Shown: positions 52,880 to 62,590, counted from the stretch's first letter. The stretch: 64,000 nt of DNA from Candidatus Heimdallarchaeota archaeon (GCA_030603365.1 JAUVXV010000003.1:192001-256000), one strand, 5' to 3'. The notes: generated by a model not told the origin, from the sequence alone. Translations and numbers: made by a program.

Positions 52880-53239
52880 ATGAGTTTTCAAGATGATGTA
52901 CAAGCTATCGCTGCAGAAGGAACTCTTGGTGTTGTATGGCTGATTGGTGATGATTTAAAATGTTACTATCAATATGGTGACTGGGCAGTTGATCCAACAA
53001 TCCCATTTAATTCATGGAAAAATCAAGAACCTGCTGTCGATTTTGGTGGTGGATTGAAATTCACTGTAATTACAATGACACCAGAAAGATTAATTTCTAC
53101 AAACATGGGAGGACAAGGTCATCTGATAGTTAGTCGCTGTCCAAAATGGGCTGGTTGTGTTATAACTTGGTCACCTGCAAATATCCCAAAAGATTATGCA
53201 TATGCATCTGCAGCTAGATTAGCAGCGAAAGTTGGATAA
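52880..53239 (+). CDS. Asgard-type profilin
   Basis: 119 aa; LKFTVITMTPERLISTNMGGQGHLIV matches the recalled Asgard profilin pattern (I/L)K(Y/F).......R..(G/S)TN..G.GH; Q...W motif near the N-terminus. Confidence 0.82.
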   Translation: MSFQDDVQAIAAEGTLGVVWLIGDDLKCYYQYGDWAVDPTIPFNSWKNQEPAVDFGGGLKFTVITMTPERLISTNMGGQGHLIVSRCPKWAGCVITWSPANIPKDYAYASAARLAAKVG

Positions 53240-53253
53240 ATATTCTTCTCTCG

Positions 53254-53559
53254 GTGATTTTTTTGTCTTCCCATCCTTCTATTGAAGAAAAAGGGGAAGA
53301 TGTTTTTCTTAAGATAATTGCTCATCCTAATTCATCAAGGAAGCAAATATCAATAACAGAGAATAGTATTGATATTTATGTAAATGAACCTCCAGATAAA
53401 GGGAGAGCAAATAAAGCTATTCTCAAACTTCTATCAAAATCTCTCAAACTTCCATCTTCTTCAATGAGTATATTAAAAGGAGTAAAATCAAAAAATAAAG
53501 TCATTATGGTAAAAAATTGTAATAAGAACTTTATCTTAGAAAAAGTAAAGATAATCTAG
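53254..53559 (+). CDS. DUF167/YggU (UPF0235) family protein
   Basis: P.S, PPDKGRAN, I.KG.KS.NK. Confidence 0.88.
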   Translation: MIFLSSHPSIEEKGEDVFLKIIAHPNSSRKQISITENSIDIYVNEPPDKGRANKAILKLLSKSLKLPSSSMSILKGVKSKNKVIMVKNCNKNFILEKVKII

Positions 53560-54122
53560 AGTTTCATTTTCTCAAAAGCTCTAAGTAACTCATTTCTTTC
53601 ATTGAATCTTTCATATACGTTTTTACTAAGATTCATCAAATTAGCAATACCTATTTCAACAGTGTCTAACATCATCTCTTCTAAGCTAACTTTGATTTCT
53701 GTAATTTTATCCTTAAGTTCCTCTGAATTATCAAGAATATCTATCTCTAGTAAATACAAAATAGAAAGATCTATACCATGCTCTCCTTCAACATCTGTAA
53801 CATCAAAAAATGTACTATATTTATAATCTGTATTTTTACCATCTTTTCTTAAATCACTTATCGTTTTTATAGTAATACCAGCTGGTCCCCAGCTTGTAAG
53901 AAGTTGTGAATGAATAAGCAATTCATGAACCTGGCTCATCATATCCCCTGTTTCTCTGAGAATATTGATTAGTTTGGTTCTAAAAGCAATATCGGTTTTT
54001 TTCCTATATTCTAATGCTTTATAGCCGAGATAACCTTCTATATTCGCTCTTAAAATCTTCAAAGCTTCACTTGGTGCATCGGATAAAGTTGAATTTGCAG
54101 TATCTTTCTTCTTACCAAACAT
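53556..54122 (-). CDS. Hypothetical alpha-helical protein
   Basis: IEGYLGYKALEYRKKTD..FR and YKYSTFFD motifs. Confidence 0.7.
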   Translation of the reverse strand: MFGKKKDTANSTLSDAPSEALKILRANIEGYLGYKALEYRKKTDIAFRTKLINILRETGDMMSQVHELLIHSQLLTSWGPAGITIKTISDLRKDGKNTDYKYSTFFDVTDVEGEHGIDLSILYLLEIDILDNSEELKDKITEIKVSLEEMMLDTVEIGIANLMNLSKNVYERFNERNELLRAFEKMKL

Positions 54123-54144
54123 TTGTATTCACATTTATTTTGTT

Positions 54145-55920
54145 TTATTGCTTTAATAAATATATTGTGCGTATTTCTTCATTTGAAGTTGCTTGTTCTG
54201 GAGGTCTATCATCTACTAATTTTCCTGTAAATCTTGGGAAACGGAGCGCTAAACCATCATTTTCGTTATCAAAATACCCTCTAGAGCAGGTGTGCATTTG
54301 ACTTTTCGTTATTTCTGCACCAGTAATTTCAATAACAATCTTTGGATCAAACCATACACTACAATCAATATCACTTAATACTTCCTTTGGTTTTTCTCTT
54401 TCTAAAGGTTTGAGAATTTCAAAAAAGTGAGCTAAGTCATCATCAGAAAAACCTGTTGCAACACGTGTAAAGGTTTGATAAATGCTTTCTTCTACATCAA
54501 AACATCCTAGCAGAAAAGTACCATACTTACCTGCTCTTTTACCTTTTCCAAACTCAGCTCCCAGTATAACCAAATCAAACGAATCTGATAATTTATCTAC
54601 ATAATCTGCCTTGTATTTAACCCAGTTCCAGCCTCTAGCACCAGCTTGATATATAGAATCTTCTCCTACTCCTTTACCCATTACTCCTTCACAACTATTT
54701 TCTAAAGCATGATGAAAGAAACTATCAATTTCATCAGTATTATCTGCGATAGTCTGATGAGAAAATTTAATGCTTTCGGTTTCTTTTAATATATTTGACA
54801 GTACCTCTCTTCTTTTCAAATATCCTTCATCAAGTATAGATTTGTTATCTGCATATAATGCATCAAAAAGATAAACTCTAACTGGGATTTCTGTAATTTT
54901 CTGCTCAATATCATGTTTTCTTTTTCTTTGAGATACTTGTTGAAAGGGGAGTATTTTTTCTTTTTTACTATCATAAGCAACGATTTCTCCCTCAATAATG
55001 AAATTGTCTTTTAGAGCTGCGTCATGTATAAACTCAATTACATCAGGAAACTGTTTTGTTATGTCTTCTGGTCTTCTGGAAAAGAGTTTAATCTTATCTC
55101 CTTTTTTGTGTAACTGAACTCTTAATCCATCATATTTGTACTCCAAAGATACTTTACCATCAAATCTTTCTAAAAGTTCTTCAGCACTAGAAACTCTTTG
55201 AGCTAACATTACTTTTATTGGATTCATAATCTGAGCTTTGATTTCTGCAACGGCTTCTATTCCTTCTTTGAAAAGGGTTTCAGATACAAAGCAAATATCA
55301 GATGTTATGTTATAGGCTCTCTCTAAAATATTCTTCTTATCTCTGGTTCCAGTTTTTGCTTTTGCAAGTGCTTCTAGAAGGAGTTGAATTGCTACTCCTA
55401 ATCTTAATTGTCCTATGACCATTCTTACAATATATCTAGCTTCTAAAGGACTAGCTTTAGAAATCAAACCTGAAAGAATTCTGATCTTTTTGTCAGAAGA
55501 CCCCTCCCCAGAAGTTTGAGCTATAGAATCTAGTATATTCCAAACATCAATTATTTCATAATCCTTTTCTTCTTTTTGTGCTGTAAATGATAAAAGTGTA
55601 GATTGAGATTTCTTCTCTAGAAGTATCTGAGCTGTCTGACCTAAATCTCCAACTTCTTCTACAATCTTAGCAACATTCTTCTCATTTTTCCCAGTTGAAA
55701 TTGCAAGTGCTTTTGTTGCCATTTTTTCAGCTAACATTAATTCTATACCCAAAAAATCAGGATAAATTTTGCCTATTGTCAGTAGAGAAATTTTCCCGAT
55801 TTCCTCACTTGAAGCTTTTGAAAGAGTTTCAGCTAAAATATCAACCATTTCAAGTTTTTTCTGTGTCTTTTCTAATTTGAAATAGCATTGACTAAGTTCC
55901 TTGAATTTCAATCTCATCAA
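54145..55920 (-). CDS. lig: ATP-dependent DNA ligase (archaeal/eukaryotic ligase I type)
   Basis: EYKYDG.R adenylation motif; EGEIV; EGVMGK; WVKYK; LRFPRF. Confidence 0.96.
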   Translation of the reverse strand: MMRLKFKELSQCYFKLEKTQKKLEMVDILAETLSKASSEEIGKISLLTIGKIYPDFLGIELMLAEKMATKALAISTGKNEKNVAKIVEEVGDLGQTAQILLEKKSQSTLLSFTAQKEEKDYEIIDVWNILDSIAQTSGEGSSDKKIRILSGLISKASPLEARYIVRMVIGQLRLGVAIQLLLEALAKAKTGTRDKKNILERAYNITSDICFVSETLFKEGIEAVAEIKAQIMNPIKVMLAQRVSSAEELLERFDGKVSLEYKYDGLRVQLHKKGDKIKLFSRRPEDITKQFPDVIEFIHDAALKDNFIIEGEIVAYDSKKEKILPFQQVSQRKRKHDIEQKITEIPVRVYLFDALYADNKSILDEGYLKRREVLSNILKETESIKFSHQTIADNTDEIDSFFHHALENSCEGVMGKGVGEDSIYQAGARGWNWVKYKADYVDKLSDSFDLVILGAEFGKGKRAGKYGTFLLGCFDVEESIYQTFTRVATGFSDDDLAHFFEILKPLEREKPKEVLSDIDCSVWFDPKIVIEITGAEITKSQMHTCSRGYFDNENDGLALRFPRFTGKLVDDRPPEQATSNEEIRTIYLLKQ

Positions 55921-55923
55921 ACC

Positions 55924-57318
55924 CTAGAAGATTTTTCTTTTACCCTTTTGTTCTTTCATCTCAAGAACTATCTCACTAATAAGATGGATGAGATTTGCAC
56001 TTAAAACGTCGACACTATTTTTTAGCTCTCTGATGGACTGAACTAAATCTCCCATCATTTGCGACTGTTCAGTGGAAGCTTCAGCTCTAGGTCGAGTAAC
56101 TTTTTGTGAATCAAGTTTCTGATCAAATATCATTAAATCTTTCTCGAACTGATCCATTTCAGGTGTTCTTGGTTCTGGAATAGATGAAATATCTGCTTTA
56201 GATTTCTTTCTCTCTTCTCTTTTTTGTTTCTCTCTTTGATCTTTTTCTTTCATCTTTTCCAGATAAGGAAGAACTTGAGAATAATCAATTCCTTCTCTTC
56301 TAGCCATATCTGTTAACAGAATATCTCTATATCCTTGATCCTCAATTTTCAATTCATCGATTTCTTTTTCTAATTCATGGATTATAGACATAGCTTCATA
56401 GATATCAGTTTTTGACATCTTTGGTTCAATTTCCTTAACTTCTATTTTTGTAGCTTTGACTTCGTCTCTTAATGTTTGCATAGCTTTTATAACTTCAGTT
56501 TTAACCTGATCAGTTTCTCCTCTGGAGAGTGCTTCCTTCACTAGATCAATTTTACTCACTGATTTATAGGGTTCTTTTTCCTCTTTTTCTTTAATCTCCA
56601 CTGGAGCAGTTTCTACTTGTTCTACTCCGGTATCTTCTTTCTCTCCTAAAGACATTGGAGGTGTTCCAATGTGAGCAAAAATGTTTTTAGCAAAAGTTGC
56701 ATTATCTTTAAGATCTAAACCTGCTTTTTTGTCTGAAAACATCAGGTAAGAGCCACATACAAACACTGTACCTAAACCATAAGATGTGATTGCTGCAACA
56801 GCACTACTTGGTGGGTCACTTGAACCACTTGTTCTCGCTAACTCCACATTTCCTTCATCTAGCTGCAAAGAACAACTGGAAACAACTACTATTTCCTTCA
56901 AATTATCTGTTATAGGATGCTGATAAAACTTCGATATAACTGCATTGCTTTCCAATTTTAATTCGAAGTTTTCATAATCAAAAATCTGATTTGATACAGT
57001 TGAGATTTTGAAATGCTTCAACAATGTATTTAGATTTGTACCTAAACCACTGTCCCCTCCTGCATTTGCAAAAATAGCTAAAGCTCCTCCTTCATCAACA
57101 AATCGAAGTAGAGCCTTTACTTCATGCCCATAAAGTTTACTCGAGTCTGGGCAGGGAAGAACTAGTACATCATAATCTGTGATGTTGGTATATTTTATTG
57201 GGTATGAATCATATCGTGCTACTTCGTGACCTTCATTTTCTAGAAGTTCACTTAATTTTTGGAAATTCTCGTGGATTTTTCCCCTTTCTTTTTGAGTTTC
57301 GTCAAATAATATCCTCAT
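55924..57318 (-). CDS. Cytoplasmic GIFT-domain (IFT52/GldG/DUF4350-like) protein with a charged coiled-coil tail
   Basis: MRILFDETQKE, GGALAIFANAGGD...TNLNTLL, GTVFVCGSYLMFSD, DNATF; no signal peptide. Confidence 0.75.
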   Translation of the reverse strand: MRILFDETQKERGKIHENFQKLSELLENEGHEVARYDSYPIKYTNITDYDVLVLPCPDSSKLYGHEVKALLRFVDEGGALAIFANAGGDSGLGTNLNTLLKHFKISTVSNQIFDYENFELKLESNAVISKFYQHPITDNLKEIVVVSSCSLQLDEGNVELARTSGSSDPPSSAVAAITSYGLGTVFVCGSYLMFSDKKAGLDLKDNATFAKNIFAHIGTPPMSLGEKEDTGVEQVETAPVEIKEKEEKEPYKSVSKIDLVKEALSRGETDQVKTEVIKAMQTLRDEVKATKIEVKEIEPKMSKTDIYEAMSIIHELEKEIDELKIEDQGYRDILLTDMARREGIDYSQVLPYLEKMKEKDQREKQKREERKKSKADISSIPEPRTPEMDQFEKDLMIFDQKLDSQKVTRPRAEASTEQSQMMGDLVQSIRELKNSVDVLSANLIHLISEIVLEMKEQKGKRKIF

Positions 57319-57520
57319 ATAGACACCCTTTTTCCTGCTAGGAATTCTTTTCTCTCTTTATACTTACAATTTAATCCTTTATAATTATTAATCTTATTGA
57401 TGTAATATGTTGTTGTTGACGGGTTTTTAAGTAAAAAGAACTAAATATTAGTGATTTCTCTCAATTTAAGCAGTAAAGAATAAAAACCTCTATTTCATAG
57501 CACTATCATCCGGTGAATGA

Positions 57521-58378
57521 ATGACACAATTAGATTTCGCTAAATTAACAGAGTTAGCTTCGTCAAGATTAGATATTATCGTTTTACACTCCCAAAAAGG
57601 TGGACCAGGAAAAACAACATTATCTTGCAATATTGCTCATGAACTAGCTAAAAGAGGAAATAAAACCGTTCTTGTTGATCTAGATATTGCTCAACCAACA
57701 ATTCAACACATCTTTAAAATTCCCGATAAAAAAATCAAGCATACAATCAATGATATTCTTTTAGGAGAAGTTAAAGTTAATGAGGATGTTCTTCTTGAAA
57801 CTGAAAACTCCAACTTGCTTCTTATTGCTGCTAAGGAAAATGTGGAATACGGTGAAGGTTTGTTATCTTTGTTGGAAGGAATTCAGCAATACTCATTCTT
57901 TGCCTTACATGAAATGACAAAGTTTCTACTTAGAATGGGTTTTAGATATGTGATTTATGATTGTGCCCCTGGATATAGAATGGAATCTGTTAATGCTGCT
58001 GCTATTGCTGATGCAAGGTTATTTGTCATTCGTCCATCAACTTTTAGCTTTGAAGGTGCGAAACAGATGCTTAATGATATCTATAAAAAATTGGATATTA
58101 GATCACTAAACTACTTTGTTTTTAATCAAGTACCTCCAGAGATGAAGGAAGAAAACCAAAAATTACTCAATGGGTGGAAAGAAGAATTAATAAAATTATA
58201 TCTTCCAGAGAAAATCGCATTCTTAGACTTCTTGCCAATTTCTTTTGAGATAATGGAGCTTGGAATTAAAGGTGAATATATTTTTCCAGAAAAAACTGTT
58301 CTCTATGAAAAATTATCTGAAATAGTAACTGAAATTACATCTAGAATAGATGAAATGAAAGACTTAAAGGAAGAGTAA
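57521..58378 (+). CDS. MinD/ParA-family ATPase
   Basis: Deviant Walker A KGGPGKTT; VDLD; YDCAPG; FNQV. Confidence 0.88.
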   Translation: MTQLDFAKLTELASSRLDIIVLHSQKGGPGKTTLSCNIAHELAKRGNKTVLVDLDIAQPTIQHIFKIPDKKIKHTINDILLGEVKVNEDVLLETENSNLLLIAAKENVEYGEGLLSLLEGIQQYSFFALHEMTKFLLRMGFRYVIYDCAPGYRMESVNAAAIADARLFVIRPSTFSFEGAKQMLNDIYKKLDIRSLNYFVFNQVPPEMKEENQKLLNGWKEELIKLYLPEKIAFLDFLPISFEIMELGIKGEYIFPEKTVLYEKLSEIVTEITSRIDEMKDLKEE

Positions 58379-58438
58379 TTTTATTAATCACGAATCTTAT
58401 ATCAAATTTTATATTAGGTAACGTATATAGTTCTATCG

Positions 58439-59422
58439 ATGAGTCTAGTTAAAGAGTATCAATGTCCTCATTGTAATGCTCCTATGGACGTTAATCCTGA
58501 AGATGCAATTTTCAATTGTGTATCTTGTGGTCAGGCTGTTTTATCTGATGGTTCTGAATTCAAGGACCACTATATTCTAAAAAACACACTTAACCGAACC
58601 AAGATACATGAAATTGTAAAGGATTTTATTAAGAAGAAAGGCTTCATGCGAGGGATTAAAGGTTATAAAATCACTAATATAACACCTACATTGACGCCGT
58701 TCTGGGTTGTTACTTCTGATGCATATACACACTTCGTGGGATATCTCAGATATTCAGAAACAAAAACAAGAACCGTTGGTTCTGGAAAGAATAGAAGAAC
58801 TGTTACTGAACATGTTACAGTTTATCGTCCTATTGATCAAGAGATAAGAGAAAAAAGAGCAGATGTACTCCTTGGAAGGAGAGGAAGCTCTATTTATGGA
58901 TATGATAAGGTAAGAGATATTGTCCGTTCAGAATTTTCGACTGCTATACCTTTTAACCATGATCACCTAGTGGGTACAGAGAAGGAATTTGATTATTTAT
59001 CTTCAGAAATAGATTTAGATGCAGCTAATCAACTAGGAAAAACAGTTGTCTTTGATAATCATAGAGCTAGAGCACAGAAAGCTTGTACTAAAGTGTTCGA
59101 TTGTGCAACACAGCTAACTTATACTGGAACTTATTTTGTTCATGCTCCTGTTTGGCAAGTGGAATATGTCTTCAAAGATGAAACCTACAGAATTGCTATT
59201 TTGGGTAGTAGTGGAAGGATTATTCTAGGTGAAATACCAGTTACAACAAGATTCCGAATGATTTTCCTGACTTTGACATTTCTGGCCTTAGGAGCTGCTG
59301 GAGCAGGCAGTTGGTTCGGGAGATATGAAGTCTATGTACCTATTATAGCGGGTATTGTAGCAGCAGTTATAGGGTTCTTTACGCTGAAAAATACGTTTAA
59401 ACCTAAATCGGTGGTGGATTAA
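58439..59422 (+). CDS. Zn-ribbon membrane protein, YdjG-like
   Basis: CPHC...CVSC; PFWVV; APVW; two C-terminal TMs. Confidence 0.72.
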   Translation: MSLVKEYQCPHCNAPMDVNPEDAIFNCVSCGQAVLSDGSEFKDHYILKNTLNRTKIHEIVKDFIKKKGFMRGIKGYKITNITPTLTPFWVVTSDAYTHFVGYLRYSETKTRTVGSGKNRRTVTEHVTVYRPIDQEIREKRADVLLGRRGSSIYGYDKVRDIVRSEFSTAIPFNHDHLVGTEKEFDYLSSEIDLDAANQLGKTVVFDNHRARAQKACTKVFDCATQLTYTGTYFVHAPVWQVEYVFKDETYRIAILGSSGRIILGEIPVTTRFRMIFLTLTFLALGAAGAGSWFGRYEVYVPIIAGIVAAVIGFFTLKNTFKPKSVVD

Positions 59423-59423
59423 G

Positions 59424-60401
59424 ATGAATGTAAAATCAATAATGTGTCCAAATTGTGCTGCACCCTTAGAAATGGAAGCAACTCAATCTCATGTTACTTG
59501 TCCATATTGTAGTGTAACGAGCGAACTGAAGAAAGTTTCAGAATTAATTGAACATTTTATGTTACCAGTGAGCTATGATATTGACCAAATTAAAACAGAA
59601 CTAGTTGGAGATATTTTAAAGCATCCAGGAACTCCTGAAGATTTGCATAAATCTCTACAATTTTCAAAAATCGATTTGAAATTCTATCCATACTTTATTG
59701 TTACTGTTCATCTAAGAACAGAATATAAGGGAAATGGAGAGTACGCAACTTTCAGTAGCCGATATAAATCTGGTTATCGTCGCATAAGTACTCATTTAAA
59801 ACCAGAACAAGGGGTTTTTGATGATACACGTGAATTCATCATCTATTCAGCTGAAGATGTTCAAAACGATCTCATAAATTTCGAGATATCAACTAGAGGA
59901 AAAAGGTATTTCCAAGCATTAGAAGCTGAGAAAGTTAATGCTGATGTTAATTCCAGTATATTCAACTTAGATCAAGCAAAAGAAGAAGCTATTAGGAATA
60001 TGAGAGAGATCCATAAAGGGTTGATGATGAAAGAATTAGCTCAGATACTAGAGGTCAGAGATGAACCAGAAGTTAAAGGTGTTTATCTTTTACATATTCC
60101 CTTCTATTTCTTAGAGTTTAAAGTTGGTAAAAAGGAATACAAAGCAACAATGGATGCTGCAACTGGTAGAACTGTGATAACTCAAGTTCCACGAGAAACT
60201 TCCTATTGGGTACAAATAGGGGTACTAACAACTCTTTTCGGTGGAATTGGAATAGCAGGGATATTCTTTGCAGTACAACAAATAGCTCTGTTAGGATACT
60301 TTAGTATATTTGGTGCAATAGCAGGTTTAGTGTTCGCAATTCGTACTCTACAACTTGGATTGAAATCCAGATATAGAGAAACTCAGAGGAAGAAACGGTA
60401 A
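59424..60401 (+). CDS. Zn-ribbon membrane protein, YdjG-like paralogue
   Basis: CPNC...CPYC; YPYF; IPFY; DAATG; two C-terminal TMs. Confidence 0.72.
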   Translation: MNVKSIMCPNCAAPLEMEATQSHVTCPYCSVTSELKKVSELIEHFMLPVSYDIDQIKTELVGDILKHPGTPEDLHKSLQFSKIDLKFYPYFIVTVHLRTEYKGNGEYATFSSRYKSGYRRISTHLKPEQGVFDDTREFIIYSAEDVQNDLINFEISTRGKRYFQALEAEKVNADVNSSIFNLDQAKEEAIRNMREIHKGLMMKELAQILEVRDEPEVKGVYLLHIPFYFLEFKVGKKEYKATMDAATGRTVITQVPRETSYWVQIGVLTTLFGGIGIAGIFFAVQQIALLGYFSIFGAIAGLVFAIRTLQLGLKSRYRETQRKKR

Positions 60402-60472
60402 TAGTTCTTATCTAATCTTTTTTTTCTCTTTTACCTTTTTATTTAAAAATACTATATCTCATTTGACTATAT

Positions 60473-61207
60473 ATGACTCAAGAAATACCTCTTTTCTTTG
60501 ATTTTGGAGGAACACTTGTTGACACATTAGAAGTGACACGTAGAGTTTTCAAAGAGGTTTTAGGAAAAGAATTCACATCTGACCAGATTAAAGCGATGTA
60601 TAAAGAAGCTTCTACTAAGAGACAAACTATGACACTCTTCTTCAAATTCCCAGTGAATCCAGTGAAATTAGCTCTAAAGCAGAAAAAAATAAGAAAAATG
60701 CAAAGGGATATGTTAATTGATACCATAGAATTGGATGAGAAAAGAAAAGAATATTTGTATAAAATAAAAAAACTTGATCCAAACCTAAGAATGTTTCTTG
60801 TAACTCAAAATCCGATGATGGAAAATGAAGAATATTCAAGGAACGCTATGAATAAATTATTTGGTGAAGATAATCCTTTTGACCAAATATTAGCTGGTGA
60901 GGACAAATTTCAACTTATTGTCCATAACATTGAACCTGATGTTCTTGCAAGGGGAGTACTAATAGGGGATCTACCTAATGACGTCTATGTGGCAGAGATG
61001 CTTAAAATTCCATGTTTTGGAGTAATGTGGGGGTATTCAGAGGAAGGAGAACTTGCTACACCTTTCATTGCAGATGAGTTTGAAGATTTAATAGATATGG
61101 TTCAAGATCATATTGATGATTTGAAAGAAGAAAAAGATGATGAAATTGAAGAAATCGAATTTGAAGACATAGATTTAGATTCTGAAGATTTTGAGCTCAT
61201 TGAGTAA
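60473..61207 (+). CDS. HAD-like hydrolase with an acidic C-terminal tail
   Basis: FDFGGTLVD, VT, K, IGDLPND, WGY. Confidence 0.82.
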   Translation: MTQEIPLFFDFGGTLVDTLEVTRRVFKEVLGKEFTSDQIKAMYKEASTKRQTMTLFFKFPVNPVKLALKQKKIRKMQRDMLIDTIELDEKRKEYLYKIKKLDPNLRMFLVTQNPMMENEEYSRNAMNKLFGEDNPFDQILAGEDKFQLIVHNIEPDVLARGVLIGDLPNDVYVAEMLKIPCFGVMWGYSEEGELATPFIADEFEDLIDMVQDHIDDLKEEKDDEIEEIEFEDIDLDSEDFELIE

Positions 61208-61217
61208 AAATTTACTT

Positions 61218-61538
61218 CTAATCTAATTCTAAAATATAATTTCCTACTTCTTTAGCAACTTCAGGTATTTTTTCTTCACACCTTTTAATAATCTTTAAAG
61301 ACTGTTTTTCTGCATCTGAGATGAGTTTTTTGTATTTACTTGGATCTTTTGCTTCTTCTATCTTCTGTTTGAGAATTTCCCTAGCTTCATTCTTGGCTTT
61401 CTCTAAACGTCGTACTCTATCACTCTGAGCTTTTTCTATAAAAAAAGCAGCTTCATTCTTTGCGTTTTTAATTAGCTGTTCTGATTGTTGTTCAGCAATC
61501 TTTATTTGTTGAATTATGTCTTGTTCTTTTGATGACAA
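61218..61538 (-). CDS. atpH: A/V-type ATPase peripheral stalk subunit H (G-like); start probably TTG 61538
   Basis: IQQIKIAEQQSEQLIKNAKNEA...RRLEKAKNEA coiled coil; lies in the ATPase locus. Confidence 0.65.
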   Translation of the reverse strand: MSSKEQDIIQQIKIAEQQSEQLIKNAKNEAAFFIEKAQSDRVRRLEKAKNEAREILKQKIEEAKDPSKYKKLISDAEKQSLKIIKRCEEKIPEVAKEVGNYILELD

Positions 61539-62587
61539 ATATTTCACCAGATATTTCTTTTCTAACAAGTTATGTTAGAGGGCAACATGCTAAGCTTCTA
61601 TCTATAAATGACTTCGAGAACTTGGTAAATAAACCTTATGAAATCTTCGTTGATGACTTAAAGTCTTTTGAAATCGGGGAAATATTAAGATCTAATCCAT
61701 CATATAAATCTCATGAAATTGAACGTTTCTTAACTCGAAGATTATTGGATCAATATTCTTTTATTTTAAAAAATATCCCAAATTGGGGTAAGGAGCTAAT
61801 TGAAGCTTATACAACCAAATTTGAAGTTATGAATTTACAAAGAATTACTAGATATCTTTATTCCAAAGCTGATATTAATTTAAGAGAAGCTATTAACCTC
61901 AGAGCACAAGAGCTGTTAGGTAGAACATCATTCATTGCTAAGCTTCTTCAGTGTCAAGATTTAAGTGAATTATTTGACCAACTAAAAAAATCTGAATATA
62001 AGAATGAAATAGAAGTAGCTGAGAATATCTATGCAAATGTTGGCGATATCTGGCCTTTGGAATTTGCATTTGATACCTCTTATTTGAAACAAATGTTAAA
62101 TCAAGCTTCTAAACTACGTCGAAACCAAAGAGTAGGAGCTTTAAAATTTGTACACTACGAGCTTCTAACAGATCTACTACTTGTAATCCTAAAAGCTAAC
62201 TTTGTTGGAGCTGATATTAATGAAGCTTTAAAACTGATACCTATCCCTAACAACTTCCCTTTCAAAAGACAAATTTCAGAATTGATGGCTGAACCAGAAT
62301 TAAAGGCTAACTTGGACATACTTCGATCTTTTAAATCTGCTAAATTAACTTCAGGTATTGAAAGATACGAGAAAGATAAGATGTTTTTACATGTTGAAAT
62401 TGCTATTAGAGCAGAAGAACTAGAGTTTCTAAGAAGAGTATTTTATGAAGATTATGGTATTTTAAGTGTTTTAAGCTATCTCAAACAATATGAAACACAA
62501 ATAAAGGATTTGAACAAATTATTATATCTAAAAGAATATAAATTCCCTATCGAGAAGACTAGGGAACTGATTGTAAATCTTGTGTGA
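61532..62587 (+). CDS. atpC: A/V-type ATPase subunit C (V0 d-like)
   Basis: About 350 aa; YVRGQHAKLLS..DF.NL; E..NL..I.R; YL...E..I..L. Confidence 0.78.
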   Translation: MTNISPDISFLTSYVRGQHAKLLSINDFENLVNKPYEIFVDDLKSFEIGEILRSNPSYKSHEIERFLTRRLLDQYSFILKNIPNWGKELIEAYTTKFEVMNLQRITRYLYSKADINLREAINLRAQELLGRTSFIAKLLQCQDLSELFDQLKKSEYKNEIEVAENIYANVGDIWPLEFAFDTSYLKQMLNQASKLRRNQRVGALKFVHYELLTDLLLVILKANFVGADINEALKLIPIPNNFPFKRQISELMAEPELKANLDILRSFKSAKLTSGIERYEKDKMFLHVEIAIRAEELEFLRRVFYEDYGILSVLSYLKQYETQIKDLNKLLYLKEYKFPIEKTRELIVNLV

Positions 62588-62590
62588 TTT

